Shown here: positions 61,694 to 64,000 of the stretch, piece after piece
Layout: every line of letters starts with the position of its first letter
Numbering within the stretch: the stretch's first letter is position 1
From: Dehalococcoidia bacterium
GTDB taxonomy: Bacteria; Chloroflexota; Dehalococcoidia; Lucifugimonadales; VXLM01
Direction: 5' to 3'
DNA length: 64,000 nt
Assembly (NCBI GenBank): GCA_965232435.1
Contig: CBDDPU010000004.1
Coordinates: forward strand, 2,812,423-2,876,422
The notes under the pieces: generated by a model
What the model saw: the letters and a program-made list of their open reading frames with translations, nothing else
The model's database searches: none
What the model was told of the DNA's origin: nothing
Position numbers and translations under genes: made by a program

Positions 61694-64000
61694 CTAATGA
61701 ACCAACTGGGCTCGCGGCTGATCCTCCGGATTCGCCCCATGAGCAATGAGAATCTCGTTTATCTTTTCCGAATTGCGGCGCTGCCGACTCGGCCAATTCG
61801 TTCTCAACGCCACAGCGCCCCATTGGTTCTCCAAACTGACATCGGCGCCTCGATCCAGAACCAGTTCGACCATTTCCAGCGAATCGCTGAATACGGCGGC
61901 ATGCAGCGCGGTACTCTTCCCATAGCCTCCGCCTTGCCGGGTCGCCTGCCCGTTGATATTCGCTCCTCGGTCGAGCAAAAGCTCCACAACGCCAACGTGA
62001 GCCTTGCTGGCCGCGACCTTGAGCGGAGTCATCTCACTCATGGGCCGGTCTAGGTACAACGTCTCCAAAACGGACGGATCGCTATCCAGCATCGCCCGAA
62101 CAGCCTCCACTCGCCCCAAAGCCGCCGCCGCATGGATTGTCATCGCCGAGCCGCGCTCGAGCAACGCATCCACCACGTTCCCCTTCCCGTTCCATGCTGC
62201 ATCGTGAAAAAGTGACACTCGATATACACTCGACTCCATCAGCCACGGCGCCGCATCCAATACACTCGACATCTCATCCGCCCCGTCGTCAATATAGGCG
62301 TCGATTAGCAGACGACGCTGATCCAACGTCCGACTCGCCTCATCGCCCGGGAGGCTGCGTACTTCGGCGTGTTCGTTCAGCAGTTCGATTACGGATGTAT
62401 GCCGCTCCTTCCGCGCCTGCTGCATAGCGGTCATACCGTCCCGTCCCACGTACTCCGGGTCGGCCCCGTGACAAATCAGCAGTTCCACCGCCAGGGTTTG
62501 CCCGTTTCCCGCGGCGATGCCCAGGTCCTCTCTCCCAAAGCCGCCGGGCGGAGATTCTTCGCCAACAATTCGCCCATAATCGAGAAGCGCTTTAGTCTTG
62601 GGAAGATTCCCTGCCCAAGCTCCGAAAAAGTTGTCTGCCAGGTTCGCGTCGGCTCCCGCGTCCATAAGCATCACCAACGCGCTTAGCGTCCCGTTCCGCA
62701 GGGCGACTCGCATGGTCGATGGGCTCGCCTTGCCCATAAACTCGGGATCGGCCCCGTAGTCCAGCAGCAGACGAATTACTCCATCCTCTTGGTATGAAAT
62801 CGCCATGTCCAGCGGCGTCTTGCCGAAATGATCGATATCCCGCCAAACGTTCGGTTCAGCCCCCGCTTCCAGCAGCAGACGAATGATTTCTCGGTCTCCG
62901 TACCGCCCAGCCCAAATAAGCGGCGCCGGTCCGTCTCCCACGGGATTGGCTCCCATTGGATCATCGCTCAACAGCCTGCGTATCCGGTCTGCGTCTCTGT
63001 CCATGATCGCCCCGAATATATCCTGCTGAGCCCCACGCCTCAAAAGGGCCTGAACGCCCTCCTCATCTCCGACGGAACGCGCAGCCATCAGAGGCGTATA
63101 CCCCTGCGGATCACGCGCGTTCACGTTGGCTCCTCGCTCAAGGAAAAGGTTGAAGATATCCCGATTTCCCGCTGCCAGGACGAGTGGCACCTCTCCTTCC
63201 GGCCAGCGTGGATCCACGCTCTTCGTTCGGTTCAAGAGAGAGGGATCGGCGTCCAGCAGTTCCCGGGTCTCTTCAAGCATCTTCATTCGGATCGTGTGCT
63301 GAATGCCGTAGCGCGCCCCGGCATTGATGAGCAGCTTGAATATGTCCTTTCGCCCATGACTTACCGCAGTGCTGACCGGGTTGTAGTCGGCATCCTCGTC
63401 ACCGCCCTTTTCCGGATCAGCCCCGTTCCGCAGCAAGAGCTTGACCATCCCTATGTTTCCCGCCCAGGCCGCCGCGTCCAAGGGAGTCGAGCCGACCGTG
63501 TTCTCCCGCCCGCCCACCGCGTCAATATCCACGCCCCGGTCGATCAGCATCTGCGCCACCTGTAAATGAGGGTCGCAGGGATTCGTCCCGTCATCCACTT
63601 GCTGAGGATCCGAGCGATGCAGCAGAGTATCCCCTTCCCGGTAATCGCTCCGCACTCGAACATGGACCAGCTCAGGATCGACGTTCAGCAGCGCTCGCAC
63701 CCGTTCGACATCCCCATCTTCCACCGCTTTAAGAACGGTCTCGACCGGCGCAGGGAGGTCTCCTTCGGGATATACGACCTTCTTCCCACCGGCTCCGGGC
63801 AGTACCGCGTCGATATGCCGTATCAGCGCGTCCCAGTCGGCGAAGCCGTACTCCAAAATAAGCACACGCCGGGCATCCCGAAAACCGAGCCCGGCCTCAA
63901 ATACCTCGTCACTCGAAAGACCCGCCAATTCGGGTAGGGACTCACGGAAACGCGCCGCCGTATCCGGACAACGGGCATGAAACGACTCCCACAGTTCCTT
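61694..64000 (-). CDS. large ankyrin-repeat protein, 5'-partial (continues beyond the window end)
   Basis: About 18-20 ANK units (e.g. GSTPLDAAAWAGNIGMVKLLLRNGADP, GYTPLMAARSVGDEEGVQALLRRGAQ). The frame stays open from 63928 to 64000 (KELWESFHARCPDTAARFRESLPELAGLSS...), and the upstream part has an LILEYGFADWDAL-type motif. Confidence 0.8.
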   Translation of the reverse strand, partial: KELWESFHARCPDTAARFRESLPELAGLSSDEVFEAGLGFRDARRVLILEYGFADWDALIRHIDAVLPGAGGKKVVYPEGDLPAPVETVLKAVEDGDVERVRALLNVDPELVHVRVRSDYREGDTLLHRSDPQQVDDGTNPCDPHLQVAQMLIDRGVDIDAVGGRENTVGSTPLDAAAWAGNIGMVKLLLRNGADPEKGGDEDADYNPVSTAVSHGRKDIFKLLINAGARYGIQHTIRMKMLEETRELLDADPSLLNRTKSVDPRWPEGEVPLVLAAGNRDIFNLFLERGANVNARDPQGYTPLMAARSVGDEEGVQALLRRGAQQDIFGAIMDRDADRIRRLLSDDPMGANPVGDGPAPLIWAGRYGDREIIRLLLEAGAEPNVWRDIDHFGKTPLDMAISYQEDGVIRLLLDYGADPEFMGKASPSTMRVALRNGTLSALVMLMDAGADANLADNFFGAWAGNLPKTKALLDYGRIVGEESPPGGFGREDLGIAAGNGQTLAVELLICHGADPEYVGRDGMTAMQQARKERHTSVIELLNEHAEVRSLPGDEASRTLDQRRLLIDAYIDDGADEMSSVLDAAPWLMESSVYRVSLFHDAAWNGKGNVVDALLERGSAMTIHAAAALGRVEAVRAMLDSDPSVLETLYLDRPMSEMTPLKVAASKAHVGVVELLLDRGANINGQATRQGGGYGKSTALHAAVFSDSLEMVELVLDRGADVSLENQWGAVALRTNWPSRQRRNSEKINEILIAHGANPEDQPRAQLVH

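Overview
GC-rich (by eye roughly 60%) bacterial chromosomal window with about 60 protein genes. I found no rRNA, tRNA, CRISPR array, transposase or integrase. Core blocks are: a complete caa3-type cytochrome c oxidase cluster on the minus strand (ctaA-ctaB-ctaC-ctaD-ctaE-ctaF-ctaG-small membrane ORF-SCO1, 28.9-37.0 kb); infC-rpmI-rplT; rplU-rpmA-rpmE; thiL; metF, folD, acpS and a fused accD-accA; udg, rnj and ftsK. The left end carries an iron-siderophore-type ABC operon fronted by a Fur-box-like site, with a tandem-duplicated binding lipoprotein. Between about 6.3 and 19.3 kb lies an accessory-looking stretch. It holds gene-fragment debris (ABC ATPase, alpha/beta-hydrolase and LRR remnants, one with an in-frame TGA) and short hairpin repeat families. 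It also holds a secreted lectin-like protein with four beta-trefoil modules, behind a promoter whose -35/-10 spacer is a G15 tract. The same stretch has an orphan sterol 24-C-methyltransferase (Erg6/SMT) homolog, followed by a 1140-aa double-FtsX permease with no ATPase partner, and an MmeI-family Type IIL restriction-modification enzyme. The right end has two tandem NHL-propeller paralogs, a signal-less DUF1501 protein and an ankyrin-repeat protein of more than 760 aa that runs off the window. The eukaryote-like repeat proteins (ANK, LRR, NHL, TPR), the SMT and the GTCATTCC-type repeats suggest, as inference only, an uncultured host-associated (possibly sponge-associated, Chloroflexota-like) bacterium. 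The best candidate for something new is the SMT plus FtsX-permease pair inside this stretch. All family calls rest on motif recognition by eye and from memory. No searches or computations were run. Several starts were trimmed from the supplied maximal ORFs using RBS and overlap logic.
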